64,000 nucleotides of DNA, taken from Mobula hypostoma. Taxonomy: Eukaryota. Of this stretch, positions 12,080-24,360 are shown piece by piece. Below the pieces are notes generated by a model. It was not told the DNA's origin and made no database searches. It was given only the letters and a program-made list of their open reading frames with translations. Position 1 is the first letter of the stretch. Each line of letters opens with the position of its first letter. The stretch lies in contig NC_086108.1 of NCBI RefSeq assembly GCF_963921235.1, forward strand, positions 48,610,001 to 48,674,000. Reading direction: 5' to 3'. Made by a program: the position numbers and the translations under genes.

Positions 12080-12900
12080 AAAGGTTCAAAGGTCAAGTTT
12101 AATGTCAGAGAAATGTATACAATATACATCCTGAAATGCTTTTTCTTCGCAAAACATCCATGAAAACAAAGAAGTGCCCCAAAGAATGAATGACAGTTAA
12201 ATGTGAGAACCCCAAAGAACCCCCCACAGCTTCTCCCTCCCACGCATAGGCGGCAGCGAGCAATGATAATCCCTCCCCCAACCAGCAAAAAAAAACGCAC
12301 ATCGGTACTAACCGTGAGCTAAGCAATAGCAAAGACACAGACCAAAGTTACCCCAAAAGCTTTGCATTTCATCCGAATTCGACAACCCACAGGTTCTCTT
12401 TCTCCCTGGCAAGGGAGGGGGAGGTGTCCCCCATTTTCACAACGAGCGAGAGACATAACAACATCCCACTGGTTTACGATGTTAGAAGTCCGTATTGTTT
12501 CTTTTTTCGAGCTCTGTGTCTGAAGATCGCAAAGACCTCAAGTCTTCGGGCCCACAGCGAAAGATTTTCCGGCCTCCCTGATTCGACATGCGGGTCTCCG
12601 CCGTGACACCGACCCTTGATCCGCCCGTCTCCAGAGTCCTGAGATCTTAGGCTTCCGAACACGACTGAGATTCTCAGGCCAAACCCTTGGCAAGTCGAAT
12701 AATGGCCAGTCGTGGAACCCCGAGAACAGGTTCCCTTCCTGCAAAGAATCGAAACCTGCGTGAAACTCCAGGTCAGGGTCTACAAAAGAACTCTGAAAGG
12801 AAAAAACAAAGATATTAAAGATAGAAATAGAGATGTTTCCGAAGATGCAAGCAAAGGAGTCGCCGTTAGGCGCCATCATTCCTCCTAAGCTCCACCAAAA
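12080..12900 (-). mobile_element. Non-autonomous non-LTR element (~820 bp), copy 1
   Basis: Homologous to 22390-23047 and 50941-51000. It has a tttgaacctttg 3' tail, a gatggcgcc motif near the 5' end, and no credible ORF. Confidence 0.8.
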
Positions 12901-13224
12901 AAAACTTCACAATTTGCAAACTTTTGGCATTATTTGCTTACTTCTGACATAAACAAATCAACATAGATTTCATTTCCACTTATGGAATGTTACTGTTAAA
13001 AGTGTAAGGGTCTAGTGGGTAAATGCTGCTGCTTCATTCCTTGCTGTTTGACACAATCATATTTTACAAGCTGAAGAATGATATTTTGCAAATCATAAGC
13101 ATTTTTTTATGAAGTGCCATTTTCCAAACGTGTATGCATGATGTTTTGCCAAGTACCAGTAGGTGTCATGCTTGATATGGAATAAAAATACTTACAATGC
13201 ATTAATATCAGACTCAACAAATAT

Positions 13225-14082
13225 TGACGAAACACAGAAGGATGTTTGACAGCTGTGCCAAGGCTTGAATGCTATCACCTCCTACAAAGAAAACCAGGCA
13301 ACAAATGTAGCAACAAGGTTTTGCTACCAGATGAACTCAATGCCTTTTATCTCATTTTGATGAACAAAACATGGAGGTACCTTCACTTCACGAACTCCCA
13401 GAGCCCCCAGTGACCTTGTGATTTCAGTCTCTGAGGGCAAAGTGGGAGCATCCTTCAGGAGGGTGAACCCATGGGAAAAAAATCTGGCCCAGACAGTGTA
13501 CTTGGGCAAGCACTGAAGACTAGTCAACTGGCTGGAGTGTTTACCAACGTCTTTTACCTCTTGCTTTAGCAGCCTCAGATACCCACCTGCTTCAAGAAGG
13601 CTTCCATTATACTGGTGCCCAAGAAGAACATGGTGACCTGCCTCAGTGACTATCATCCAGTAGCACTTACATCCACTGTGATGAAATGCTTTGAGAGGCT
13701 GGTCACAACTCCTGCCTGAGGACTAACTCGGATCTTGGATCAGTAGTTCTTCACTCAGCTCTGGAATATCTGGACAGTGTGAAGATGCATACGTCTACAC
13801 TATCATCCCTTTCAAAGTAATCAATAAGCTCCAAGATCTAGGCCTTAATACCTCCTTGTGGAACTGGATCCTCAAATTCCTCACGTGCAGACCCCAGTCA
13901 GTATGGATTATCAGCAATATCTGCTCCACAATCACCATCCGCACAGGTTCACCACATGGCTGCGTGCTTAGCCCCCTGCTCTACTTGCTTTAAAGATTTG
14001 ATTGTGACGCTGAGTACAGCTCCAATGCCGAATTTAAGTTTGCTGATGACACCACTATTTTTGGCCAAATTCAAACTGGTGA
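13225..14082 (+). mobile_element. Rex1/Babar-type LINE, 5' piece (continues at ~23050)
   Basis: RT motifs [39 protein letters not shown] and FADDTT. Confidence 0.8.
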
Positions 14083-14565
14083 CAGACACAAGAAAATCTG
14101 CAGAAGCTGGAAATCCAAGCAACAGACACAAATTGCTGGAGGAACCCAGCAGGCCAGGAAGCATCTATGGAAAAGAGTAGACGGTCGATGTTCAAGCTGC
14201 GGCCCTTCATCAGGACTGGAAATAAGATGAGAAGTCAGAGCGGGGGGGGGGGGGAGAGAGGAAGAAGTACAAGGTGGTAGGCGATAGGTGAATCTGAGGA
14301 GGGTGAGGGGTGAAGCAAAGTGTTGGGAATTTGATTGGTGAAAGAGATAAAGGACTAGAGAAGGGGGAATTTGATAGAAGAGGGTAGAAGACAATAGAGA
14401 AAAAGGGAAGGAGGAAGAGCACAGAGGAAGGTGCTGGGCAGGTAAGGAGTTAAGGTGAGACGGGGAAACAGGAGTAGGGGAAGGGTGAAGGGGTGGAGCA
14501 ATTACCAGAAGTTCAAGAAATCAATGTTTATGCCATCAGGTTGGAGGCTACCCAGACAGAACATA

Positions 14566-16157
14566 CAGTGGTGTTAGAAAGTTTGCGAACCCTATAGAAT
14601 TTTCACTATTTCTGCATAAATATGACCTAAAATATGATCAAACCTTCATGCAAGTCCTAAAACTAGATAAGGAGAACCCAATGAATAGAAAATACAAAAA
14701 ACATTGTACTTGTTCATTTATTTATTGAAAAATCTGATCCAATATTACAAGTATTTGTTGGAAAAAGTATGTGATCCTTTGCTTTCAGTAACTGCTGTGA
14801 CCCCTTGTACAGTAATAACTTCAACAAAACACTTTCTGTGCATCAGCTTGGAGGAATTTTAGGCCATTCCTGCTTACAAAACTACTTTAGCTCTGGGATG
14901 TTGGTGGGCTTCCTTGCATGAACAGCTTGCTTCAGGTCCTCCCACAACATTTCTATAGAACTAAGGTCAGGTCTTTGACTCAGCCATTCCAAAACACGAA
15001 TTTTCTTCTTTTTTAAACCATTCTGTTGTTGATTTACTCCTGTCTTTCAGATCATTGTCTTGCTGCATTATCCAACTTCTATTAACTTTCAGGTGATGGA
15101 CTGCTACCCTGACATTCTCCTGTAAAATGCCTTTAGAATTTTGAATTCATTCTTCTCTCAATGATTGCAAGACGTCCAGGCCCTGAGACAGCAAAGCAGC
15201 CCCAAATCATGACACTCTTTCCACCATGCTTCACAGTTGGGATGAGGTTTTGGTGTTGGTGTGCAGCACCTTTTACCTCCAAACATAGCAATGTGCATTT
15301 CTGCCAAAAAGTTCAACTTTTGTCTCATCTGTCCACAGAACATTGTTCCAGAAGCATTGTAGAACATCTGGGTGGTCTTTTGCAAACATGAGATGTGCAA
15401 CAATGTTTTTTTGGAGAGCAGTGGTTTTCTCCATGGTGTCCTTCCATGAACACCATCCTTATTGCGTGTTTTTCTTATAGTGGAAACATAAACAGAGACT
15501 TTAGCAAGTTCTAGAGATGTCCGCAGGTCTTTTACTGTTACCCTTTTTCGCCTCCTTCAGCATTTCACATTGTTCTCTTGATGTGATCTTTGCAGGACAC
15601 CCACTCCTAGGGAGAGTAGCAACAGTACTGAGTTTCCTCCCTTTGTAGACAATTTCTCTTACTGTGGTCTGATGAACACTCGGGTCTTTAGAAATGATTT
15701 TGTAGCATTTTTCAGCTTCATGCATCTCTACAATTCTTCTTCTAAGGTTGTCTGAAAGTTGTTTTGATTGGGGCATGACGCACGTAAACAGATCTTTCTT
15801 GAGAAGAGCGGGCTCTGTCTATAACCTGACTTTGTGTGTCTTTTTATAGGGCAGTGCACCTCTACAATCCACACCTCCAATCTCATCTCATTGATTGGAA
15901 CACCTGACTCCAAATAGCTTTGGTAGAAGGCAATACCTCAGAGGTCCACATACTTTTCTAACAACTACATGTAATATGAGATCATTTTTTTCAATAAATA
16001 AATAAATGAAGTGTAATTTTTTTTGCACTATTTATTTAATTAATTGGGTTCTCTTTATCTAGTTTTAGGACTTACTTGAAGATCTGATCATATTTTAGGT
16101 CATATTTATGAGAAAAGAGAACATTCTACAGGGTTCATAAACTTCCTAGCACCACTG
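14566..16157 (-). mobile_element. Tc1-family DNA transposon, IR/DR type (1592 bp), TA TSD
   Basis: TA|cagtgg...ccactg|TA termini and ~215-bp imperfect TIRs with inner direct repeats (aaaagtatgtg). Confidence 0.93.
14786..15776 (-). pseudogene. DD34E Tc1 transposase, frameshifted
   Basis: MPQSKQLSDNLRRRIV HTH start, VLWTDETK, KHGGKSVMIWGCF, and QQD-(34 aa after removing one extra base)-E. Confidence 0.88.
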
Positions 16158-16362
16158 TAAGGTGTTGTTCCTCCAACCTGAGTATGGCCTCATCGCAGCA
16201 TTAGAGGCGGCCATGGAATTGACATGCCGGAGACTTCTGGGTCATCAAGGGAACGGTGGCGTAAGGAAAAGGTCTCTCGACAAAAAAGAAGGTAAACTGC
16301 CCCAAAATCGAATTTAGACAAATACTTAATATTGCATAACTATATTAATAAAAGGGGCAAGG

Positions 16363-17349
16363 ATGATGTCTAAGAACAAGATTAAAAAGTCCGCTCCAAA
16401 GGCTGATAAGCACAAAGAGATGCAGCAAGGCGACGGGCCTAGCTCCCCCACGGCAAGCCAGGATGGAGAGAATGAGGGGGAATCGGTGACTCTGTCTTTG
16501 ATTCTCAGAGAGATTCGCGAGTTCCAACAAGATAACAGCAAACAGCTGGAAGATATTAGAGGAGAAATAGTAAAAACTAATTCGAGGATAGATGAAGCCG
16601 AAGCAAGGATTGTTGGAATTGAAGAAAAGCTACAAAACGCAGAGGAAGTGATAGCAGAAATGCTAAAGCTGCAAGAGCAGCTCCAGTGGAAGCTCATAGA
16701 CCAAGAAGGCCGCTCAGGAAGGGAAAATGTGAGGATCTACGGAGTTCCCGAAGGAACTGAAGGTAAACCCGGGTTGATGATTCCCTTCGTAGAGAAGCTG
16801 CTTAGAGAGAACCTTGATATACTGGCCACAAAAGACCTACAGATAGAAAGGGCTCACCGCGTGTTGGCACCACAGCCTCTGGCAGGCGCCCAACCCAGAT
16901 CAATTCTGGTCAGATTTCTCAGCTACAGAACAAAGGAAGAGGTGCTTAAACGGGCATGGCAAAAGAAAGGTTTAATGTGGAGCAACTGTAAAATCAGTTT
17001 AGACCATGACTACGCACCAGGGATCCTTGCCAGACGGAAGGAATATGAGGAAACATGAAGGGTCCTGAAGGAAAACAACATCAGATTTCCGACCCTGTAT
17101 CCAGCTTGGCTGAGAGTCTTTTACAATGAAGGGATAAAAACTTACGCTACGGCGGAGGAGACAACGTCGGACTTGGCGGACCGGGGACTACCTATTAAAG
17201 TTATCACCCAACCGGAGTCGCTACTGGAGAGGATTCGGCAGAAGTCGTGGAAGCCAGTGTGGCGAGGACGCTCCACACGAACCAGAGTGTCAAACTACAA
17301 GGAAAAGCTGCAAGTATTCAGACGCGAATGTACAAAGAATACAGATTAA
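16363..17349 (+). pseudogene. L1 ORF1p (coiled coil + RRM), one in-frame stop at 17056
   Basis: EGRSGRENVRIYGVPE, IERAHR and LDHDY motifs; the frame continues past the TGA to TAA at ~17349. Confidence 0.88.
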
Positions 17350-17710
17350 TTAAGAGAAATGACTGAAAAGAGTAAATCGGACTTAAAAGTAAAATGAAAA
17401 CTGGTAACTGAAAATAATCTAGGCGGAATAACTTGAATGATAGCAATATGGTCGAGACATAAATAGGAGAAAATTCTCTATGATTATTCAAACTGCTGAG
17501 GGCCCTCTAACACAGGGTGAAGATAGAGGTTATCCCTCTGAACTGAGGCGGGTCGGTGCTCAGGCCTCACTGTGGGAAGTCGGGAAAAATTTTCAAATGT
17601 TATACGTTCAAAAATGTCTAGGGTGTGGTTATATGTTTTGGTTTACTGTTGAGAAGGGATTGCTTACTGTTTGGTTAGAAAAGGAGAGTGTTTTTTTTAA
17701 CTAGAGAAAA

Positions 17711-20700
17711 ATGCAAACTGAATTGGTAAAAATAATTTCCTATAATGTTAGTGGGGTTTTGAACCCAATTAAAAGAAATAAGGTTATGTCTAAATTGAAA
17801 AAAGAGAGGGCACAAGTAGCTTTCCTCCAGGAAACACATATGAGCCAATCTGAACATGGAAAATTAAAGAGAATGGGCTTTAAGCATGTATTTTATTCAT
17901 CATATAAATTGAGCCACAAAAGAGGGGTAGCTACTTTAATATCAAGTACTCTTAATTATGAACATATTTCAGAGACTAAAGACAAAGATGGACGATTTGT
18001 AAAAATTACAGGAAGAATAGAAGGTACAGAAATAACCTTGCTGAATGTTTATGCTCCTCCAGGTTGTGAATGGTCATTTTATAGACACATTTTTGACCTA
18101 ATGGTCAGTTCTCAAGGGGTAGTAATTTGTGGAGGGGATTTTAATATTAGATTAAATCCTGTATTAGATTCTTCAAGAATAGTTACTCAGAATAAACCTC
18201 TGACTCGGAAAATGAATTTATTGATGGAGGAGTTGGGAATTATAGATGTGTGGAGGGAATTACACCCCACTAGTAAAGATTATACACATTACTCTTTCCC
18301 TCATTCAGCCTATTCAAGGATAGACTATTTCTTTATCTTTAATACAGATAGACTCAGGATAAAAAACTGTAATATTGCAACAATTGATCTGTCGGATCAT
18401 AGCCCAGTCTCTATGTCTCTAATCCTGGAAAGGAAAATGAGGAAAACACTATGGAGGCTAAACTCAAATATACTCAATAACCCGGAAGTAATGGAGAGAT
18501 TAAGGGGCGAAATCAAAGAATATCTAGACCTTAATGACACAGGAGAAACATCACCAGTGATCTTATGGGATACATTGAAAGCTGTACTGAGAGGGAAAAT
18601 TATTTCCATTACTACTCACATGAAAAAAATCAATGCACAAAAATTAGAAGACCTTCAAGGAAAATTAAAACAACTTCAAGTTGTAGATAGCAACAAAAGT
18701 AATTCAAATCTAAAACAGGAAATTAGGAAATTGCAAAGTGAAATTGACGATATTTATACATTGGAAACTCAAAGAAATTTTCTTTACCTGAGACAAAAGA
18801 ATTATGAAGTAGGAGGAAAATCAGCTAGATTATTAGCATATAAATTACGAAAACAACAAGCAGACAATACAATTCATAAAATAAAGAATCCAAAGACAAA
18901 GCTTGTGGAGAGTACAATAGGGAAAATTCAACAGAGTTTTGAAACATATTATCGAGAGCTGTACTCCCAACCCCGGGCCCCAATGAGCCCTATATAGACA
19001 GTTTATTGAATTCTTTAGATCTACCTAAACTTACAGATTTACGAAATGAAAGTTTATTAGAACCAGTAACTGCCAAAGAACTGAACGTGGCCATCTCTAG
19101 GTTAAAGGCTGGAAAGTCTCCGGGTTCTGATGGGTTTACCTCAGAGTGGTAAAAATCGCTGAAGTCACAGTTAGCCCCATTACTACTTAACACCTTTAAT
19201 TGGATCTTGCAGAGAGGAGAAACTCCACCTTCCTGGAGAGAAGCGATTATTTCAGTTATTCCTAAAGAGGGTAAAGATAAACTAGAATGTGGCAATTATC
19301 GGCCAATTAGTGTTCTTAATTTAGATTACAAACTATTTACATCTATATTAGCGCGCAGATTGGAAAAGCTTTTACCTGGCCTAATCCATTTAGACCAGAC
19401 TGGATTTATTCAACAAAGACAAACACAGGACAACATAAGGAGAACTCTACACATATTAGAACAGGTTAATAAGAACGAGACAGAGACAATGGTAGTAGGA
19501 TTAGACGCTGAGAAAGCTTTTGATTCGGTTAGTTGGGCATCCCTATACAGAGTGTTAGGAAGATTCGGCTTTCAAGAAAAGTTTATTAAAGTAATTCAGA
19601 CTCTATATGACAGCCCTACAGCCCGAATTAAGATAAATGGGGACCTCTCTGACTCCTTCATCTTAGAGAGAGGCACTAGACAGGGATGCCCAATTTCTCC
19701 TCTCCTTTTTGCGCTATATATTGAACCACTTGCCCAACTAATAAGACAGAGCGAAATTGTAAAAGGTATCAAGGTGGCAGGGATTGAACAGAAAGTGGCG
19801 TTATTCGCAGATGATGTTTTGTTCTATCTGAGTGAACCAGAAAAATCATTTATAGGATTGTTTACACTGTTGGATGACTTTGGGAAAATATCAGGTTATA
19901 AAATAAATGTAAAGAAAATGCAGGTTATGTCCCTAAATTATACACCATCCAAAAAATTGCAGGATACATACGATCTTAAGTGGGAAGCTAAATCATTAAA
20001 ATATTTAGGAATAACCCTGCCGAAGGATCTTTCAACGCTGTCACAGGTAAATTATGGGCCATTAACCTCAGAGATAAAAGCAGATATGCATAGACGGAAT
20101 CTTGTCCCCTTTTTAAGTTTAAATTCAAGGATAAATACTATAAAAATGTATATTCTTCCTCGGTTACTGTATCTTTTCTGTACTTTACCTGTGGAGGTGG
20201 ATGATAATCAATTCAGGGAATGGGACAAATGGATTTCTCGCTTCATTTGGCAAGGAAACAAACCTAGAATTCGATATAACACCTTACAGTTAGGGAAGGA
20301 AGGAGGAGGTATGGTTCTTCCTTGCTTGAGAAATTATTTTTTTGCCTCACAGATAACCCCTCTGTTATATTGGGGTAATAGGGAATATAAGGTTAGATGG
20401 AAGGAAATAGAATTTGGATTAGTTGACAGTTTTCCTCTACAGGCCTCAATAGCTGACAAAGGATTGATGGCCCAGTTGGAAAAATTTAAAAACAGTTGGA
20501 TAAATCTTACATTAAAAGTATGGCAGAAGGTGGTTAATTTGTGTGGAATTAATAACATGTTAAAATTCTTCAGATGATATGCATATGATACCGAATTCCT
20601 TCCCAACAGAGGAGATAAAAGATTTGAACTATGGATAAAGAAAGGTCTTACAACCTACCTCTCATTTATAGATAAAAGAGTATTACAAAGTTTCCAAATC

Positions 20701-21497
20701 CTGCAGGACAAACATGGCCTAGAACACAATGACTTTTTTAGGTACCTTCAAGTACAAAACTATGTTAACCAGAGTTGTAGATATACGGACCTATCAACAG
20801 TAGAATTAGAAGTTTTCAAGATTCTGAATTCAGCTTGCAGTTCAATACCAAGTAAATCAATTTCTCGATTATATAATACACTCTCCCATGCTAAAAATGT
20901 AAACACATTGTATATTAAAGAGAAGTGGGAGAAAGAAGCAGGGTTGGTACTTTCAGAGGAGGCTTGGGGGAAAATATGCAGCTTTCAGTGGTCCTCGACT
21001 AATTCTTTGACTTGGAGAGAACATTGTTGGAAAAATAATCCATATAATCAAGACCCCATATCAGGAAAAATATAAAGATACAAACGTGATGTGTTGGAGA
21101 AGGTGCGGCTCCAAGGAGGCAAATCATTTTCATATTTTCTGGGATTGCCCTAAATTAAGTATATATTGGGAAGGTATTCGTAGAACATTAGTTAAGGTAC
21201 TTAGGTCCCAGATACCTCTGAACTTTGAGACGCTCTATTTGGGGCATGTATTGTTTTTTTGAACAGAAGGAAGATATAAAGTTGCTGCAGGCCCTCTTAG
21301 CGGCAAGTAAGAAATCAATCACTAGAAAGTGGCTAAATCCAATACCACCTACATTAGAAGATTGGCACGAAATTATCTTGGAAATATTTAAAATGGGAAA
21401 GTTGACTTACTCCCTGAGAATTCAAAAAGGAAAATTTTATCAAATCTGGAATAAATGGATTGAATATATAACCCCAATGCGAGCAAACTTTAGATGA
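17711..21497 (+). pseudogene. L1 ORF2p (APE endonuclease, RT, CCHC), disrupted
   Basis: SYNV, LQETH, GDFN, SRIDYF, SDH, GTRQGCPISP and FADD motifs, split over ORFs 17711-18997, 19207-20577 and 21225-21497. Confidence 0.92.
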
Positions 21498-22288
21498 CTC
21501 TCCTAATGATTTATACTGTTCTTCTCATCAACACAGTAATATTGCCAACGTAAGCACCCCTAGTCTAAATGTTTACTGTTTTTGTTTTCTTTTGGAAAAT
21601 AGAGAATTAATACAAGTAAAGGAAAAGATTTGGGAAAGGGATAAAAAAAATGATAAAATTAAGTAAATAAGTACATAGGGATTGGATAATTATGTCTGGG
21701 GGCAGGAGCAAGCATGTACAAGTTAGGATATAAACACCTACAATGGTTGTTACATAGGCTTACATACAACATTTTGGACCAGTAGAAATGGTCCAGAAGA
21801 GATATATGGAAACTATTATTACTATTTTTCTTAACAACTAATACCATTACTTAGCCTAATAGATTAGAATTACCACTGTACATAATTATCTATTTAAGTG
21901 TCTAATTTCCTTTTATATCATCTCAATGTGTACTTAAGAATGTATAAATATTTATAGTTTTATACATATAAAAAAATGGAAAAGGCTATACGTGTGAAAA
22001 AAGTACATGATACTTGTGAATTCCTTATCCAAATAAAAATAAAATTTTAAAAAAAAGGAATTGACATGCCATCACCTCCCTGTGTGCTCCTCCCCCTTCC
22101 CTTTCTTACATGGTCTTCTACCCTCTATCAGTTTTCCCCTTCTCCAGCCATTTATCTTCTTCACCAATCAACTTCCCAGCTCTTTACTTCACCCCTCCCC
22201 TTCTCACAGTTTGACCTATCACCTACCACCTTGTACTTTTCTCCCCTCCCCCCCACCTTCTTAATCTGACTTCTCTTCTTTTTTTCTC

Positions 22289-22326
22289 CAGTCCTGATGA
22301 AGAGTTTTGGCCCGAAACATCAACTG
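22289..22326 (+). ncRNA. Minimal type I hammerhead ribozyme motif (decayed) in a Penelope-like terminus
   Basis: cagtc-CTGATGA-agagttttggccc-GAAAcaTC-aactg: core boxes plus stem I cagtc/(g>a)actg. Confidence 0.7.
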
Positions 22327-22389
22327 TTTACTCTTTTCCATAGATGCTGCCTATCCTGCTGAGCTCCTCCAGCATTTTGTTTGTGTTGC

Positions 22390-23047
22390 AAAGGTTCAAA
22401 GGTACAATTTAATGTCAGAGAAATGTATACAATATACATCCTGAGATGCTTTTTCTTCGCAAACATCCATGAAAACAGAGGAGTTCCCCAAAGAATGAAC
22501 GACAGTTAAATGTTAGTTCACCCAGTATTCGACATACCACAGGTACTCTCTCTCTAATAAGGGAGAAAGAGGTGTCTCCATTTTCCCAGCGAGCAGGGAG
22601 ACATAACAAACAACTCGCTGGTTTACGATGTTAAAAGTCCATTACGTTGTTTTTTTTTTAGCTCTGTGCCTTGAAGATCGCAAAGATCCCAGGTCTCCAG
22701 GCACACACTCATAGATATTCCGACTCCTCCAACAACACATGTATCTCCTGCCATGACACCAACCCTCAATCTGCCCGTCTCCAGAGCCCCGAGATCCTAG
22801 GCTTCCAAATCCAAGCTGGACTCTTAGGCCGAGCCCTTGGCATGCCAAACAACAACAGCCGGTTATGAAACCCCAAGAGCGGGTCCCATTCCCGCAAAGA
22901 ACCAAAGTCAGCATGTAACTCCAGGTCAGGGTGTTCAAAAGAACCCTGAAAGGGAAAAAAAGATATTAAAGATAGAAATAGAGCTGCTTCTGAAGATGCA
23001 ATCAAAGGAGTCGCCGTTTAGTGCCATCATTACCCGCTCTACCTCCA
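22390..23047 (-). mobile_element. Non-autonomous non-LTR element, copy 2 (internal ~160-bp deletion relative to copy 1)
   Basis: Colinear with 12080-12900. Confidence 0.8.
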
Positions 23048-23049
23048 GA

Positions 23050-24360
23050 CAGGCGGTGACAAATCAGCGTATAGGAGGGAGATTGAAATCTGCTTGATGG
23101 TGACACGACAACAACCTCTCTCCCAATGTCAGCAAAACCAAAAAGCGATATTTGACTTCAGAAGGCAATCAGAGGTGGAGAGGTTCAGCAACTTCAAATT
23201 CCTCAGCACCATCATTTCGGAGGATCTGTCCTGGGTCGAAACCATAAGTGCCATTACAAACAAGGCACGATGGTGCCTCTACTTTCTTAAAAGTTTATGT
23301 GGATTCAGTATGTCATCTCAACCTTTGACAAACTTACTTAGATGCACAGTGGAGAATATCCCGACCTGTCGCATCACAGCCTGATTTGGAAACACCGATG
23401 CCCAAGAATGGAAAAGCATACAAAAAAACTGGTGAATATAGCCCAGTCCATCACAGGAAAAGCCCTTCCTACCTTTGAGCACAGGAAAGCAGCATCCATT
23501 AAAGAACCCCACCATTCAGACAATGCTCTCTCCTCACTTTTGCCATCAGGAAGAAAGTACAGGAGCCTTAGGTCCCACACCACCAGGTTCAGAAGCAGTT
23601 ATTACTATTCAACCCTTAACCATCGTGGATAACCTCATAACCCTCAACACTGAAGTGATTCCACAAACAAAGGACTCACTTTTAAGGATTCTACAATTCA
23701 TGTTTTCAGTATTGGTTATTTATCTAATTAGTTTTGCATTTTGTCTTCTTTTGTATATTGGTCGTTTGTCAATCCTTGTGTGTTGTTTAATTGCTTCTGT
23801 TGTATTTCTTTGTTCCATTATGAATGCCTGTAAGAAAATCTCGGGCTAATATATGGTGAGATATACATTTAGTGGCCACTTTATAAAGTATCTCCTGTAG
23901 CTAATAAAGTGGCCACTGAGTGTATGTTCATGGTCTTCTGCTGCTGTAGCCCATCCACTTCAAGGTTCAATGTGTTGTGCATTTAGAGATGCTCTTCCAC
24001 GCACCACTGTTGTTATGTGTGGTTAATTGAGATGCTGCCACCTTTCTGTCAGCTTGAAACAGTCTGGCCAGTCTCTTCTGACTTCTACCATTAACAGGGT
24101 ATTTTTACCCACAGAACTGCCCACCTGACACCAACAATCATTCCACAGTCAAAGTCACTTGGATCACATTTCTTCTTCATTCTGATGTTTGATCTGAGCA
24201 ACAACTGGAATTTGGCGATGTCTGCATGCTATTATGCATTGAGTTGCTGCCACATAATTGACTGGCTAGATATTTACATTAATAAGCATGTGTACAGGTG
24301 TACCTAATAAAGTGGTCACAGTGTGTATATCTTGATAATAAATAAATTTACCTTGCATTT
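23050..24360 (+). mobile_element. Rex1/Babar-type LINE, 3' piece (MITE inserted in its 3' UTR)
   Basis: Resumes exactly after FADDTT...GGD of the 5' piece; contains VERFSNFKFL and LLPSGRKYRSL; tail ttgataataaa...tttacc lies after the MITE. Confidence 0.8.
23866..24325. mobile_element. Tc1/mariner-type MITE, TA-flanked, with three TIR copies
   Basis: TIR ~cactcagtggccactttattaggtaca at 23866, inverted at ~23897-23922 and ~24299-24325. Confidence 0.8.

Larger units (their letters stand above)
16229..22056 (+). mobile_element. Full-length L1-clade LINE (5828 bp); 14-bp TSD ggaattgacatgcc (16215-16228 / 22057-22070)
   Basis: 5' UTR, ORF1, ORF2, 3' UTR, AATAAA, A-tail and an exact TSD. Confidence 0.95.
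14083..22389. mobile_element. Penelope-like element with inverted arms (minus arm 14083-14565 plus 16158-16228; plus arm 22071-22389), interrupted by Tc1 and L1
   Basis: The rejoined minus strand reads RLEEQHLMFCLGSLQPDGINIDF (GIY-YIG C-terminus). The two arms are reverse complements and each carries a hammerhead motif. Confidence 0.8.

Noticed and set aside
11880..12134. Short ORFs with protein-like composition
   Set aside because: No recognisable family, no clear splice signals, and they run into a repeat.
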